A stretch of 63,869 bases of DNA, filler included, from Acidimicrobiia bacterium (GTDB taxonomy: Bacteria > Actinomycetota > Acidimicrobiia > Spongiisociales > CAZKJJ01), in assembly GCA_046759765.1 (NCBI GenBank). It is 5 parts of 5 records of this genome, joined end to end, with 100 filler letters (N's around TTAATTAATTAA, not from the genome) between each part and the next. Parts side by side here need not be neighbours in the genome. Positions count along the whole stretch, not along the records: positions 1 to 13,232 come from JBHICV010000058.1; 4 more parts are not named here. The stretch is one strand, 5' to 3'. Shown here in pieces: positions 1 to 9,771 of this stretch (the first letter of the stretch is position 1; each line of letters opens with the position of its first letter). The position numbers were made by a program, and so were the translations under genes. Under the pieces are notes generated by a model that ran no database searches, had not been told where the DNA came from, and saw only the letters and a program-made list of their open reading frames with translations.

Positions 1-814
1 GAGCTCTACGAGGAGCACGGCCTGGCAACTGTTGAACCAGAGAATCTGGGAGCTCGGCATACGTCTCGATCACGATGTTGAAGAGACCGAACGTGGCGAT
101 CACCCCGATAAGGCCCCCCAAGAAGTGTTTTCGCCCGCCCAGGATGATGGCGATCCAAACCGTGAAGGTCAGTCCCGCGGTCAGCATCTGCGGGACGAGA
201 AACCGACTGGCCGAGGCGAACAATGCTCCGACGAGTCCCATCGCCGCGCTCGTGATCGTGAAGAAGATCACCTTCTGCCGGAATGTTGGCTTCCCGAGAC
301 TCTGCGACAGGGGCTCGTTGTCCTGGATGCTGAAGAGCAGTCTTCCGTATGGCTGGGAATTGAGCTTCCACGCGTAGAGCAGCAGTGCCAGCGCAACGAC
401 GGCGAGCACAAGCATGAAGGCAAACCGTGTGTCCCTGCCGAAGTCGAAGGGGTGAGGAATCGTGCCGAATCCCCTCACCCCTCTCGTCCACTGCTTCTCG
501 GTTATGACCAACGTATGGACGACAACCGCGAAGGCGAGGGTTGCTACCAATACCGACTCGGCGTCGAGGTTGAGAATGATGCGGCCGACGATGAGGCCGA
601 GTAATCCCACCAGCAGGGTCGCGATGGCCAACGCCACCAGCCAAGGTACCTCGTAGGTGACCGTCATGACCCCGAAGGAATACATACCCACACCCGCGAA
701 GCCGACCACACCGAAGTTGACGATTCCTGCCTTCCCGAACTGGAGGTGGGTGAGCGTCGCCAACGCCACGAAGACCGACATCGTGGATAGGCCGGTGATG
801 AGAAATGCGCTCAC
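1..814 (-). CDS. Branched-chain amino acid-type ABC transporter permease (LivM-like), 3' end truncated by window edge
   Basis: Manual translation (not in ORF track): GTG at 814 overlapping the livH-like stop; ...HLQFGKAGIVNFGVVGFAGVGMY...YGRLLFSIQDNEPLSQSLGK...WIAIILGG, typical LivM motifs. Confidence 0.85.
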   Translation of the reverse strand, partial: MSAFLITGLSTMSVFVALATLTHLQFGKAGIVNFGVVGFAGVGMYSFGVMTVTYEVPWLVALAIATLLVGLLGLIVGRIILNLDAESVLVATLAFAVVVHTLVITEKQWTRGVRGFGTIPHPFDFGRDTRFAFMLVLAVVALALLLYAWKLNSQPYGRLLFSIQDNEPLSQSLGKPTFRQKVIFFTITSAAMGLVGALFASASRFLVPQMLTAGLTFTVWIAIILGGRKHFLGGLIGVIATFGLFNIVIETYAELPDSLVQQLPGRAPRRA

Positions 815-1686
815 GCCCTCGCCCCAAACACGCTGCCCCGCATTCCTCTGACCTTCAGGACGAGTATGAAGAGCACTAGGAGCAGAACTTGTGAGTAGAG
901 GGTTACCGGCAATGTCAATACGGCCGCTGCCGTCACGATGCCGGCACCTATGCCCGCGACCATTGCTCCTCGCACACTGCCGATGCCGCCGATGATGGTG
1001 ATCATGATGATGATCAGTATCAGGTTCCACCCGAGCAGGTAGTTGACGAAGGAAAAGACCCCGAAGAAGATCCCGGCTAGTCCACCCGCCACCCCGGCGA
1101 AGAACCAGATGAGCACCGACACCCTGGTCGGGTTGATCCCGCTCACGAGGGCGAGGTTCTCATTGCTGGCCAGAGCTCGCATCCGCTCGCCGTAATCCGT
1201 TTTGTAGATGAAGCGGTAGAGGGCTATGGCAATAACAGCCACCAGGACCAAGGCTGTCAGCTGTGCGCTGGTTATGCCGATGCCGAAGACTCTGAAAAAG
1301 GAGGTATCCGAGAAGTCGAAGACCTTGTTTGTGACACCGAACACCACTCGAGCGGCGTGGCGGATGAAGAAGGACACGCCTACGGACATAACGATCAGCT
1401 CGATTCGCCCGACCCCTCTTCTGATCGCCGGCTGAAACACGACCAAGAAGGTGAGAACGCTGAGGAGCCCGGCCATGATCGCGGCCGGGGCGATCGCGAC
1501 GTAGAAGTTGAGGCCCAGCGTCGTATTGAAGAAGATCGCGAAATAGGCACCCATGGTCAGGTTTTCCGCATAAGCCACGTTGATGAAGCCGTTGAGGTAG
1601 TAGATCAACGTGAACCCCATGGCAGCAAGGACGAGCGGTGCCGCCTCGAACAGTCCGATGACCAGAGCGTCTAGGACCGTGTCCAT
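811..1686 (-). CDS. Branched-chain amino acid-type ABC transporter permease (LivH-like)
   Basis: LAAMGFTLIYYLNGFINVAYAE, YGERMRALASNENLALVSGINP, IIGGIGSVRGA motifs; multi-TM. Confidence 0.9.
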   Translation of the reverse strand: MDTVLDALVIGLFEAAPLVLAAMGFTLIYYLNGFINVAYAENLTMGAYFAIFFNTTLGLNFYVAIAPAAIMAGLLSVLTFLVVFQPAIRRGVGRIELIVMSVGVSFFIRHAARVVFGVTNKVFDFSDTSFFRVFGIGITSAQLTALVLVAVIAIALYRFIYKTDYGERMRALASNENLALVSGINPTRVSVLIWFFAGVAGGLAGIFFGVFSFVNYLLGWNLILIIIMITIIGGIGSVRGAMVAGIGAGIVTAAAVLTLPVTLYSQVLLLVLFILVLKVRGMRGSVFGARA

Positions 1687-1735
1687 TGGGCTCCCGCTGG
1701 CTTCTCAACGACTCGGGGCGCCGACCACCCGGGCA

Positions 1736-2626
1736 TCAAAGGACTTTCTCCACCTCGTCCACGAGCGCCTGCGGGCCTGCAGCTCTTATGAAGTAGTAGG
1801 GCCTCTCGGCGAATCGATGTACGAACTCTGCCCGCTTCAACCGCAGCTCGGCGTTGTCGATGAGAGGCATCGGGAGTCCCGGCGCCAACAGCTCGTTGAG
1901 CAAAAAGTAGTTCTGCAGTCCATGGAAGGTCTGGAACTGGCGCTCGAAGGGGATCATCTCCGCCACCGAGGTCTCGAAGTTGCCGTCGATGGCGGGAACG
2001 ATGACGAGGTCGACATCCGCGGGCTCGTTGTACTCGCCGTAGGTTGGCATGTCGCCGAAGAAAATCTCGACCCCTCTTTCCGGGCTCGCTTTGTCCGCCC
2101 GCTCGGTGCCTTTCGCCCGCTTCTTCAGAAACACCGACTTGGAGCCCATCACGGCCCAACCGCGCTCATCAGTGACGGTTGTCTCGGTCGAGACCAGCAG
2201 GGCACCCCTGCGACAGGACTCGATCTGCGCCATGCTCTTGCCGTGGTTCGACTCCCCGCCGAGGAACATGAGCGTTTGGTCGCCAAAGCGAACCGCGGAG
2301 GAATGAAACGGATGCAGGCCCGTTGCTTCCATCCTCAGCGCCAGGATGGCAACTACTACCTTCTGTAGCTCCCCCTGAAACCAATCGCCTTGCAAGGTCA
2401 TTACGCCGTCCGAGTACTCGATGCTCTTAGCAGACGCGTCCCGATCCCAGACAATGTCGGGAGAGGGCAGCATTACATCGTTTCGGATCTCCACTGCCGC
2501 CAACCGATAGTCGAGGAAGGTCGTGTCGGCGAGAGCGGACTCCACGGGCTCGCTGCCGTGAACGTCCACGCGGATACGCCCTTCTCCGGCGGACATCTCT
2601 TGGGACAGTTGCAACATCGCGGTCAC
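1736..2626 (-). CDS. HPr-kinase-related P-loop protein of unknown function
   Basis: FHSSAVRFGDQTLMFLGGESNHGKS resembles the HPrK/PEPCK-type H-x-S-A-V...G-x-S-x-x-GKS P-loop; GTG start overlaps gntR stop (GTGA). Confidence 0.6.
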   Translation of the reverse strand: MTAMLQLSQEMSAGEGRIRVDVHGSEPVESALADTTFLDYRLAAVEIRNDVMLPSPDIVWDRDASAKSIEYSDGVMTLQGDWFQGELQKVVVAILALRMEATGLHPFHSSAVRFGDQTLMFLGGESNHGKSMAQIESCRRGALLVSTETTVTDERGWAVMGSKSVFLKKRAKGTERADKASPERGVEIFFGDMPTYGEYNEPADVDLVIVPAIDGNFETSVAEMIPFERQFQTFHGLQNYFLLNELLAPGLPMPLIDNAELRLKRAEFVHRFAERPYYFIRAAGPQALVDEVEKVL

Positions 2627-3321
2627 GCGACGGCGTCGCCGGCGGCTTGCTCCGCCGCTCGGGCAAGCCGACCCTTGATCTCCGCTGCTTCCTTGGTGTG
2701 TTGGCGCATTGCCGAAGAGGCAGCCTCCGGATCCCGCGCTCGGAGGGCGTCGAGAATCACCGTGTGGCGCTCGGCCAACCACGTCAGATCGACGCCCGGC
2801 GCCGTTGTTGTGAGATACGTCTGGCTAAACGGTTCGAGCAGCTTCCAGGTCCGCTCGAGCGTGGCATTTCCGGCGGCGTCGATGATCATGGCGTGGAACT
2901 CGGCGTTCTTGTGCGCCTGTGCCAAAGCATCACCGCTCGCCGCCAGGTCGAGCATCTCCTCGAGTAGCCGCGCGAGCTTGGCGAGACACTTGTCCGTGAT
3001 CTTGGGTGCCGCTTGCTCGGCGGCGAAAGCTTCCAGAACGCCTCGTACTTGCACTGCTTCTACGAGCTCGTCCCCGCTCGGCTTGCGCACCCAGGCGCCG
3101 CGATGGGGGCGCATCTCGACCAGACCAAGACTGGATAGCGACCGCAAAGCTTCACGCACCGGCGCCTGACTGATCCCGAACTCCCGGGCAACCCGGGTCT
3201 CGACTATGCGAGACCCGGGTTCCAGGTCACCTTCCACGATGCGTTCGAGCAGGCGATCTTTCACCTGCTCGCTGAGCACGCTCCGCTCTACGAGCGGCTC
3301 AGATGTGGAGCTTGTGGTCAT
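2623..3321 (-). CDS. GntR (FadR/FCD subfamily) transcriptional regulator
   Basis: wHTH LEPGSRIVETRVAREFGISQAPVREAL plus FCD domain (NAEFH...H..ILDALRARD...MRQH). Confidence 0.95.
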   Translation of the reverse strand: MTTSSTSEPLVERSVLSEQVKDRLLERIVEGDLEPGSRIVETRVAREFGISQAPVREALRSLSSLGLVEMRPHRGAWVRKPSGDELVEAVQVRGVLEAFAAEQAAPKITDKCLAKLARLLEEMLDLAASGDALAQAHKNAEFHAMIIDAAGNATLERTWKLLEPFSQTYLTTTAPGVDLTWLAERHTVILDALRARDPEAASSAMRQHTKEAAEIKGRLARAAEQAAGDAVA

Positions 3322-5099
3322 CCCTCAAAGAGATCCGATTGATCGCCTGCAGCCTGCGCGGCCAGGATCTGAACTGTCCCGTCTGATCCGTTCACGCGGA
3401 TCTGGTCACCGCTCTTGATCTCCGCGGTCGCGACCGACGTACCGATCACGGCAGGAATCCCGAACTCCCGGGAGAGCACCGCCGGATGCGACACTGTCCC
3501 GCCGGCATCGGTCACAAGACCGGTGATCTTCGTGAAGAGGACGACCCAGGCAGGGTTCGTCATCTGGCATACGAGGATGTCACCTTTCTCCACCTGGTCG
3601 AACTCATCGATCGTCAAAACCACCTTGGCCGTGCCTTCAACAACCCCCGGGGAGGCCGCGATGCCGGTGATCTCACCCTCAGCCTCGGGCTGCTCCATCT
3701 CGAGCTTCTCCGGGAATCCCCAGAGGCCGAGGTACGGAAACTCGAGGTGGAGCTTGGTCGCCGTCCCGATCCAATCCCGCGGACGGATCGCGTAGGACTT
3801 CTCCCGCTCGGCTTTCCGCTCGGAGATGATGCTCCTCGCATCGAAGCCCTCCGGATCTCCCATGAAGACTCTCAGCTCGTTGTACTTGAGGAACACCACG
3901 TCTTCCGGATCGTCGAGCGCACCGAGCTCCACCAACTTCCGTCCGATGCTGATGAGAACTAGGCGCAGGTGCGCGTTCGTTCCCTGATCGATGTAGAAGT
4001 GGTGGTCGGGCGTAAGCGGGGCCATTTTCAGGTTGATCGCGTTAGCCGCCTCCATCTTCCCGCGTGCATCGCCCTCGAGGCCCTCCAGAAGCTCGTCACT
4101 CGCAGCCTTAATGTCTTGGGCTAGGTGGGACACCGTGGCGGGATAGTCGTAATCCGTCTCCAAGTAGCCCTTGACGAGCTCCAGCACCGGGGCCGCCTTC
4201 TCGAAGTTGGTCGGAAAGGCAAACTCGTGGCTCCACACCGCGTGCCAGCCGAACTCGCGCTGGTACGGCGTCACCCGTTCCGATAGGAACCTTTGGCCCC
4301 GCTCCGACTCTTGTAGTGCCTCGAGCACGGCCGTTCCCGTCTCGGCGTCGAAGATCTTCGACAGCTCGGCGTCGCCTTTGACCTCCTCCTTCATTTTCCA
4401 TAGAGCCTCGATCGAATCCCAGTTGCGGTCCTCAGCTGAGTTCTGGAGGCGTCCCAGGAGCCCTTCGTCGGCCTCGCCTCGCGTCTCTTCCATAACCGCT
4501 CTCAAAGCAAGCGTGGAGGAAAGCTGGGCGAAGTTGAGCATCCAGTGGATCTTCCAATGACGATCGTGGACATCCATCGCGTCCTCGAGAATCGTGGCCC
4601 ACTCCATCAGATCGATTTCTTCCCACCGATCGATCTTGTCTTCCAGGTAGTCGAAGTTCCTGCGCATCTCGGGCACGAGACGGTCTCGCCACCAGTCAGC
4701 GAAGTGCTCTCCGTAGGTTGGCAGCACCGCATTGAGGTAGGTGCCGATTTTCTCGGCATATTGAGGATCGTCCAGGGGCACCCGAGCCGAATAGCGGTTG
4801 GCGTACTCCATGCCGTCCACCTGAAACGCCGGATCGGCCGGCACGGCCGCCGTATAGAGGTAGCCGTTGACGTTCTTGGCCAACCAATCAGACGCAAACG
4901 GCGTACCAAAGCGTCGGAACATATGGTCGCACGTCAGCCACCAGCCGCCGATGTCGAAATACATCGGGGATAGGGGCTGCGGGCAGTGCAGGTCGTCGTA
5001 GACCCAGAACAGGTCCTTCTCAGCATCAGAGTCCCACTCCACGGGAAAGCTCTCGTCACCGAGAAACTGCTTGATGATTGCATTGCTGTCATCAGTCAC
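3318..5099 (-). CDS. PEP-utilising enzyme with C-terminal swivelling phospho-His domain, no ATP-grasp domain
   Basis: C-terminal GIAASPGVVEG...GDILVCQMTNPAW...GGTVSHPAVLSREFGIPAVIG; long helical N-terminal region; SD AAGGAGG 9 nt before GTG 5099. Confidence 0.85.
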   Translation of the reverse strand: MTDDSNAIIKQFLGDESFPVEWDSDAEKDLFWVYDDLHCPQPLSPMYFDIGGWWLTCDHMFRRFGTPFASDWLAKNVNGYLYTAAVPADPAFQVDGMEYANRYSARVPLDDPQYAEKIGTYLNAVLPTYGEHFADWWRDRLVPEMRRNFDYLEDKIDRWEEIDLMEWATILEDAMDVHDRHWKIHWMLNFAQLSSTLALRAVMEETRGEADEGLLGRLQNSAEDRNWDSIEALWKMKEEVKGDAELSKIFDAETGTAVLEALQESERGQRFLSERVTPYQREFGWHAVWSHEFAFPTNFEKAAPVLELVKGYLETDYDYPATVSHLAQDIKAASDELLEGLEGDARGKMEAANAINLKMAPLTPDHHFYIDQGTNAHLRLVLISIGRKLVELGALDDPEDVVFLKYNELRVFMGDPEGFDARSIISERKAEREKSYAIRPRDWIGTATKLHLEFPYLGLWGFPEKLEMEQPEAEGEITGIAASPGVVEGTAKVVLTIDEFDQVEKGDILVCQMTNPAWVVLFTKITGLVTDAGGTVSHPAVLSREFGIPAVIGTSVATAEIKSGDQIRVNGSDGTVQILAAQAAGDQSDLFEG

Positions 5100-5275
5100 A
5101 GATTCCATCCTCCTTCTCTGATCTGACTTCCGTCCGGCTGCCACCGCGCGGAGTCGGGCTGGTACTACGGGGGAAAGAGGTCATATGGGGTGGCGCGCGG
5201 CACGGAGAGTGGTGTGCGTCGCAGCGTCGCCGAGGGACATTTTTCCAAGCCACTCCTCGCCAACGACCGTCATAG

Positions 5276-5294
5276 ATCGTCGATAATCGATGAT
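5276..5294. promoter_or_regulatory. Palindromic operator candidate ATCGTCGAT-A-ATCGATGAT
   Basis: Near-perfect inverted repeat upstream of the PEP-utiliser/gntR operon; 15-nt TCGATAATCGATGAT recurs at 6652-6666. Confidence 0.6.
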
Positions 5295-5426
5295 AAGAGG
5301 CTGCTCCCGCTGCCGTCAATCCGGACTGCCGCGGCACTTCCAAACCGCCAAAACGCATTGCTTGTCCGCTCTTACGTGGGAGCCACCAGAGGAGCAGGTC
5401 CTATCCAGCTGGATGGGTGGCGACCC

Positions 5427-6515
5427 TCAGAGGGCCAGCATGCTTTCTGCCACTGCCTTGCCGACCTCTGCGGTCGTGCTCGTGCCTCCGATATCCCTCG
5501 TTCTCACCTCTCCGGCGGCAAGGGTGTTGGCCACCGACTGCTCTATTGCGACCGCGGCGCCCTCTTCTCCCAGGTGCGCAAGCATCAATCGCGTCGCTTC
5601 GATCGCGGCGACGGGGTTCACGCGCCCCTGGCCGGCGTATTTGGGCGCCGAGCCATGAATGGGCTCGAACATCGATGGATAAATCCGCTCCGGGTTGAGG
5701 TTGGCGCCGGCGGCGAACCCCATGCCGCCCTGCAGCATCGCCCCTAGATCGGTGATGATGTCCCCGAAGAGGTTGGAAGCCACGATCACGTCGAAGTAGT
5801 CCGGGTTCTTGACGAACCACATCGTCAGTGCGTCGACCAACGCCGTGTCCGTTTCGATGTCGGGATAGTCGGCCGCCACCTGATCGAAGACTGCGTCCCA
5901 GAACACCATCGAGTAGTTGAGAGCGTTGGACTTGGTGCAGTTCGTGACCCGCCCGGCCGCCTCGTCCGCGCGAAGCTCAGCGCGGCTCCTTGCCTGTTCG
6001 AACGCAAAGCGGATGACCCGTTCGCTTCCCTTTTGCGTGAAAACGCCGGTCTGCAGTGCAAATGCATCGGGCTTCCCCGTCTTGAAGATTCCGCCCAGGT
6101 TCGAATACTCGCCCTCCGTGTTCTCCCGTACGACCAGGATGTCGAGCGTGTCCGGGTTGGCCGTCCTCACTGGCGTGGGCACGCCCGGATAGAGCTTTAT
6201 GGGCCGGACGTTGGCGTACTGGTCGAATCCTTTCCGGATCCGGAGCAGCATCTGCAGTGAAATGTGGTCCGGCACCTTGGCGGCATCGCCGACACAGCCG
6301 AGGAAGATGGCGTCGTAGGGACGCAGCACCTCGAGCGCGTCGTCGGGCATCATCTCGCCCTCTCTGAGATACCGATCGCAGCCCCAGTCGAAAGAGTCGA
6401 ACTCGATCGCGAAGCCCAATTTGGCCGCGGCCGCGTCGGCGATTCGAACCGCCTCCTTGGCGACCTCGGGTCCTACCCCGTCGCCCGGGATCACCGCTAT
6501 CCGATACTCATCCAT
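5427..6515 (-). CDS. Tartrate/3-isopropylmalate-family beta-decarboxylating dehydrogenase
   Basis: IAVIPGDGVGPEV, VRENTEGEY, NLFGDIITDL, SMFEPIHGSAP; KSNA and FWD segments are tartrate-DH-like. Confidence 0.9.
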   Translation of the reverse strand: MDEYRIAVIPGDGVGPEVAKEAVRIADAAAAKLGFAIEFDSFDWGCDRYLREGEMMPDDALEVLRPYDAIFLGCVGDAAKVPDHISLQMLLRIRKGFDQYANVRPIKLYPGVPTPVRTANPDTLDILVVRENTEGEYSNLGGIFKTGKPDAFALQTGVFTQKGSERVIRFAFEQARSRAELRADEAAGRVTNCTKSNALNYSMVFWDAVFDQVAADYPDIETDTALVDALTMWFVKNPDYFDVIVASNLFGDIITDLGAMLQGGMGFAAGANLNPERIYPSMFEPIHGSAPKYAGQGRVNPVAAIEATRLMLAHLGEEGAAVAIEQSVANTLAAGEVRTRDIGGTSTTAEVGKAVAESMLAL

Positions 6516-6650
6516 GGTCCCTTATCATCGCCCCCAACCAACCCTATCCGCGGGCACGCGATCGATCGCCGCTTCGACATGAATCACGTCAAACCCCTTA
6601 TGCACCAAGCATTTTGACCACGCGGACGAGGGCTGATTATTCTGCCCGCT

Positions 6651-6666
6651 ATCGATAATCGATGAT
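6651..6666. promoter_or_regulatory. Palindromic operator candidate ATCGAT-A-ATCGAT(GAT)
   Basis: Perfect palindrome in the divergent intergenic region upstream of the cupin-transketolase operon; matches the site at 5276-5294. Confidence 0.6.
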
Positions 6667-6706
6667 TCCTGTGGCCACTCCCCCAACGCCGTCTGTGAGG
6701 TGAGCC

Positions 6707-7069
6707 GTGCTCAAGGCCGTTTCTCGAGACCAAGCTGAGCTCTACGAGCTTCCGGGACGCGACTGGTATCACTACAGCGGCCCAGAAGTCACCGGCGCCA
6801 AACACCTCACCGTCGGGTTCTCGGTGTTCCCCGAGGGCTCTGCTCCCGAGGGCCATGTCCATCCGTCGCAGGAGGAAACCATCTATATAGTTGCGGGCCA
6901 CGGCGAGCTGATCACACCGGAGGGCACTGTGGAGCTCGAGCCGGGAACTACTGTCTTTATCCCGATTGGACTTCACCACGCAACCGTGTCCCACGGGCCG
7001 GGAGACCTGGAAATGGTCACTGCCTTCGCTCCTCCCGTGGTGCCGGGATCGTACGAAGACAACGACTAA
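6707..7069 (+). CDS. Cupin domain protein
   Basis: GHVHPSQEETIYIVAGHG...PGTTVFIPIGLHH cupin metal motifs. Confidence 0.9.
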   Translation: MLKAVSRDQAELYELPGRDWYHYSGPEVTGAKHLTVGFSVFPEGSAPEGHVHPSQEETIYIVAGHGELITPEGTVELEPGTTVFIPIGLHHATVSHGPGDLEMVTAFAPPVVPGSYEDND

Positions 7070-7079
7070 GGAGGAAGCC

Positions 7080-7964
7080 ATAGCAGTCGACGTGTCGGAA
7101 CGCCCCGATCTGGCCGAACTCGAGGAGCTGGCGCGGCAGGCCCGAGTGGCGATCGTGAAAGCCATCACCCACGCCGAAGGCGGCCACCTCGGCGGCCCTT
7201 TCTCGGCTACCGACATGCTCACCGCTCTGTACTGGCGAGTTTTGAACATCCGGCCGGAGGAGCCGCTCTGGCCGGAGCGAGATCGCTTCATCCTCTCCAA
7301 GGGCCATAGCTCGATCGGTCTCTACGCGGTGATGGCTCTCCGCGGCTACTTGCCTACCGAGGAGCTCTACACCTTCGATGCCATCGACTCCCGCCTGCAA
7401 GGGCATCCGGACATGACGGTGCTGCCCGGCATCGACATGTCGTCCGGCTCTCTTGGTCTCGGCTTTGCCGGTGGGGTGGGCATAGCCCTCGGAGCCAAGG
7501 CGATCGGAGCGGATTTCAAAACGTACGTGATGGTCGGCGACGGAGAGTGCAATGAGGGAATCGTGTGGGAAGGTGCCCACGTCGCCAGTCGGTACGGCTT
7601 GGACAATCTGATCGTCGTGCTCGACCACAACAAGCTGCAGCAGTTCGGCTGGCGGGGGGAGACCGTCGAGGTGAGGATCCCTCCTTACGTCGGCACGCAG
7701 CTCGCCGACCGCTGGAAGGCTTTCGGCTGGCAAGTCGTCGAAGCGGACGGGCACGACATGAGCAGCTTCCTCGAGGCCGTTGAATCGGTGCAGGACGCGG
7801 AAGGACCTGCAGCCGTCGTTGGCCACACCGTCAAGGGAAAGGGCGTGTCGTACATGGAGAACGCCTTCCAGTGGCACAGCAGGGTCCCGACCGACGAGGA
7901 GTTCGACCTGGCTATGACCGAGCTCGGCGAGCTGCCGGCCAAAGGCGGAGACGAGGCCGAATGA
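7080..7964 (+). CDS. Transketolase, N-terminal (ThDP-binding) subunit of a split enzyme; start uncertain (ATA 7080 or GTG 7092)
   Basis: GGHLGG, RDRFILSKGH, LQGHPD, SSGSLG, GDGECNEG..WE, HTVKGKG. Confidence 0.92.
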   Translation: MAVDVSERPDLAELEELARQARVAIVKAITHAEGGHLGGPFSATDMLTALYWRVLNIRPEEPLWPERDRFILSKGHSSIGLYAVMALRGYLPTEELYTFDAIDSRLQGHPDMTVLPGIDMSSGSLGLGFAGGVGIALGAKAIGADFKTYVMVGDGECNEGIVWEGAHVASRYGLDNLIVVLDHNKLQQFGWRGETVEVRIPPYVGTQLADRWKAFGWQVVEADGHDMSSFLEAVESVQDAEGPAAVVGHTVKGKGVSYMENAFQWHSRVPTDEEFDLAMTELGELPAKGGDEAE

Positions 7965-8911
7965 CAGTCGAGATGAGCCAAGCGCTGCGGGTCACCTTCG
8001 GCGAGACCGTTGCCGAGCTGGCCAACAGCGATCCGAGGATCGTGGTGGTCGACGGCGACCTCGGCAGCTCGACACGGGCAGATATCTTCGAGGAGGCCCA
8101 CCCCGACCGCTTCTACCAGATGGGAGTGGCCGAGCAGAACATGCTCGGGGTGGCCGCCGGAATGGCCACACTCGGGCTGATTCCGTTTGTCAGCACATTC
8201 GCTTGCTTCGCGGTTGCGAGAGCGCTCGACCCGATCCGAGTGCTGATCGCTCAGCCCAACCTGCCCGTCAAGATCATGGGCGGCTATGCCGGACTGCTGG
8301 CCGGCATGACCGGCAAGACCCATCTGATGTTCGACGACGTTTCGATCATGCGGGCTATGCCCCACATGACCGTCGTTGCGCCTGCCGATGATGTCGAGGC
8401 TCGCCAGGCGCTGGGAAGCATCGTGGACGATGAAGGTCCGACGTACATGCGGCTCACCCGGCAAGAAGCCCCTCGCCTTTTCGATCAGAATTATCAGTTC
8501 GACCTCGGCGACGCCGTCGTGCTGCGCGAAGGAGACGATGTAACCTTGATCTCCAGTGGAGTCCAGTCGGTAAGAGTCGCCGAGGCGGCCGAGATCCTCG
8601 CCGCGGAAGGCGTGGACGCCTATGTGCTTCACGTGCCGACGATCAAGCCCATGGACATAGAGGCCGTGGTCGCGGCCGCCGAGCGGACAGGGTTCGTCGT
8701 CACGGTCGAAGAGCACACCATCATCGGGGGTCTGGGAGGGGCGGTCGCCGAAGTCCTCGCCGAGCACTCGCCCACTCGGATGAGAAGGCACGGCATCATG
8801 GATATCTACGGCGAGTCCGGACCGGACGATGCCCTCCTCGAGAAGTACCGGCTGTCCTCGAGCCAAGTAGCGACGGTGGTACGCAAGCACCTCGACGAGC
8901 GGGCCGGATAA
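7961..8911 (+). CDS. Transketolase, C-terminal subunit of a split enzyme
   Basis: GVAEQNM, GKTH, TVEEHTIIGGLGGAVAE; ATGA overlap with N-subunit. Confidence 0.92.
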   Translation: MTVEMSQALRVTFGETVAELANSDPRIVVVDGDLGSSTRADIFEEAHPDRFYQMGVAEQNMLGVAAGMATLGLIPFVSTFACFAVARALDPIRVLIAQPNLPVKIMGGYAGLLAGMTGKTHLMFDDVSIMRAMPHMTVVAPADDVEARQALGSIVDDEGPTYMRLTRQEAPRLFDQNYQFDLGDAVVLREGDDVTLISSGVQSVRVAEAAEILAAEGVDAYVLHVPTIKPMDIEAVVAAAERTGFVVTVEEHTIIGGLGGAVAEVLAEHSPTRMRRHGIMDIYGESGPDDALLEKYRLSSSQVATVVRKHLDERAG

Positions 8912-8969
8912 GCGTGCGAACCCGGCGAAGCGGCGGTCGCGCCCCCGTCATGGAGCCCGGGTACAGCCC

Positions 8970-9755
8970 ATGAGCCAGTTGGATATCTACAGCCTGGACG
9001 GCCTCGTGGCGGTGGTGCCAGGCGGTAGTGGGGGGATCGGATCGTATCTTTCGCCCGCTTTGGCCCGCGCCGGCGCCCATGTCGCGGTGGTCGGACGATC
9101 CGCCGAACGTGCACAAGCAGTTGCCAATGCCATTGAGAGCGACAGGGGCAAGGCGCTGGCGGTGTCCGCGGACGTAACGGATCGAGCGGAGGCCGACCGA
9201 GCGGTGGCGGAGGCCCACGAATACTTCGGTCGGATCGACATCATCGTCAATTGCGTCGGTGGCGGGGCCGGGAAGGTGCTCTTTCCTGCGCACGAGTATC
9301 CGGACGACGCCTGGAAGTGGATCTTCGATTTGAACTTGACGAGCGCTCTCCTGCCGACACAGGCCGCGGTCCGCGCCATGATCGAGGGCGGACGGGGCGG
9401 ACGTGTCCTGAACATCTCGTCGGTTCGCGGACAGCTTGGGATCGACGCCGGCTACTCGGCTTACGTGGCAGCCAAGGGAGCGATCGACGCGTTGACCCGG
9501 CAAGAGGCAACGGAATGGGCCCGGTACGGCATAACCGCCAACGCAATCGCGCCCACCTTCGTCGATACGCCACAGGTGGCAATGCTCCTCGATGATCCCG
9601 ACTTCAAGGCCAGCATCGTGAACCGAATTCCGCTCCGGAGGGTCGGCACTCCAGATGATCTCATCGGGGCGGTCCTTTTCTTCTGCTCGCCGGCCTCGTC
9701 GTTCGTAACGGGACAGATCCTCACGATCGACGGAGGCCTTACGGCAACACAGTGA
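8970..9755 (+). CDS. SDR oxidoreductase (gluconate 5-DH/KduD-like)
   Basis: PGGSGGIG, NISS, YVAAK catalytic motif, NAIAPTF, VTGQILTIDGG. Confidence 0.9.
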   Translation: MSQLDIYSLDGLVAVVPGGSGGIGSYLSPALARAGAHVAVVGRSAERAQAVANAIESDRGKALAVSADVTDRAEADRAVAEAHEYFGRIDIIVNCVGGGAGKVLFPAHEYPDDAWKWIFDLNLTSALLPTQAAVRAMIEGGRGGRVLNISSVRGQLGIDAGYSAYVAAKGAIDALTRQEATEWARYGITANAIAPTFVDTPQVAMLLDDPDFKASIVNRIPLRRVGTPDDLIGAVLFFCSPASSFVTGQILTIDGGLTATQ

Positions 9756-9771
9756 TCGGAGGGAGTCCGGC

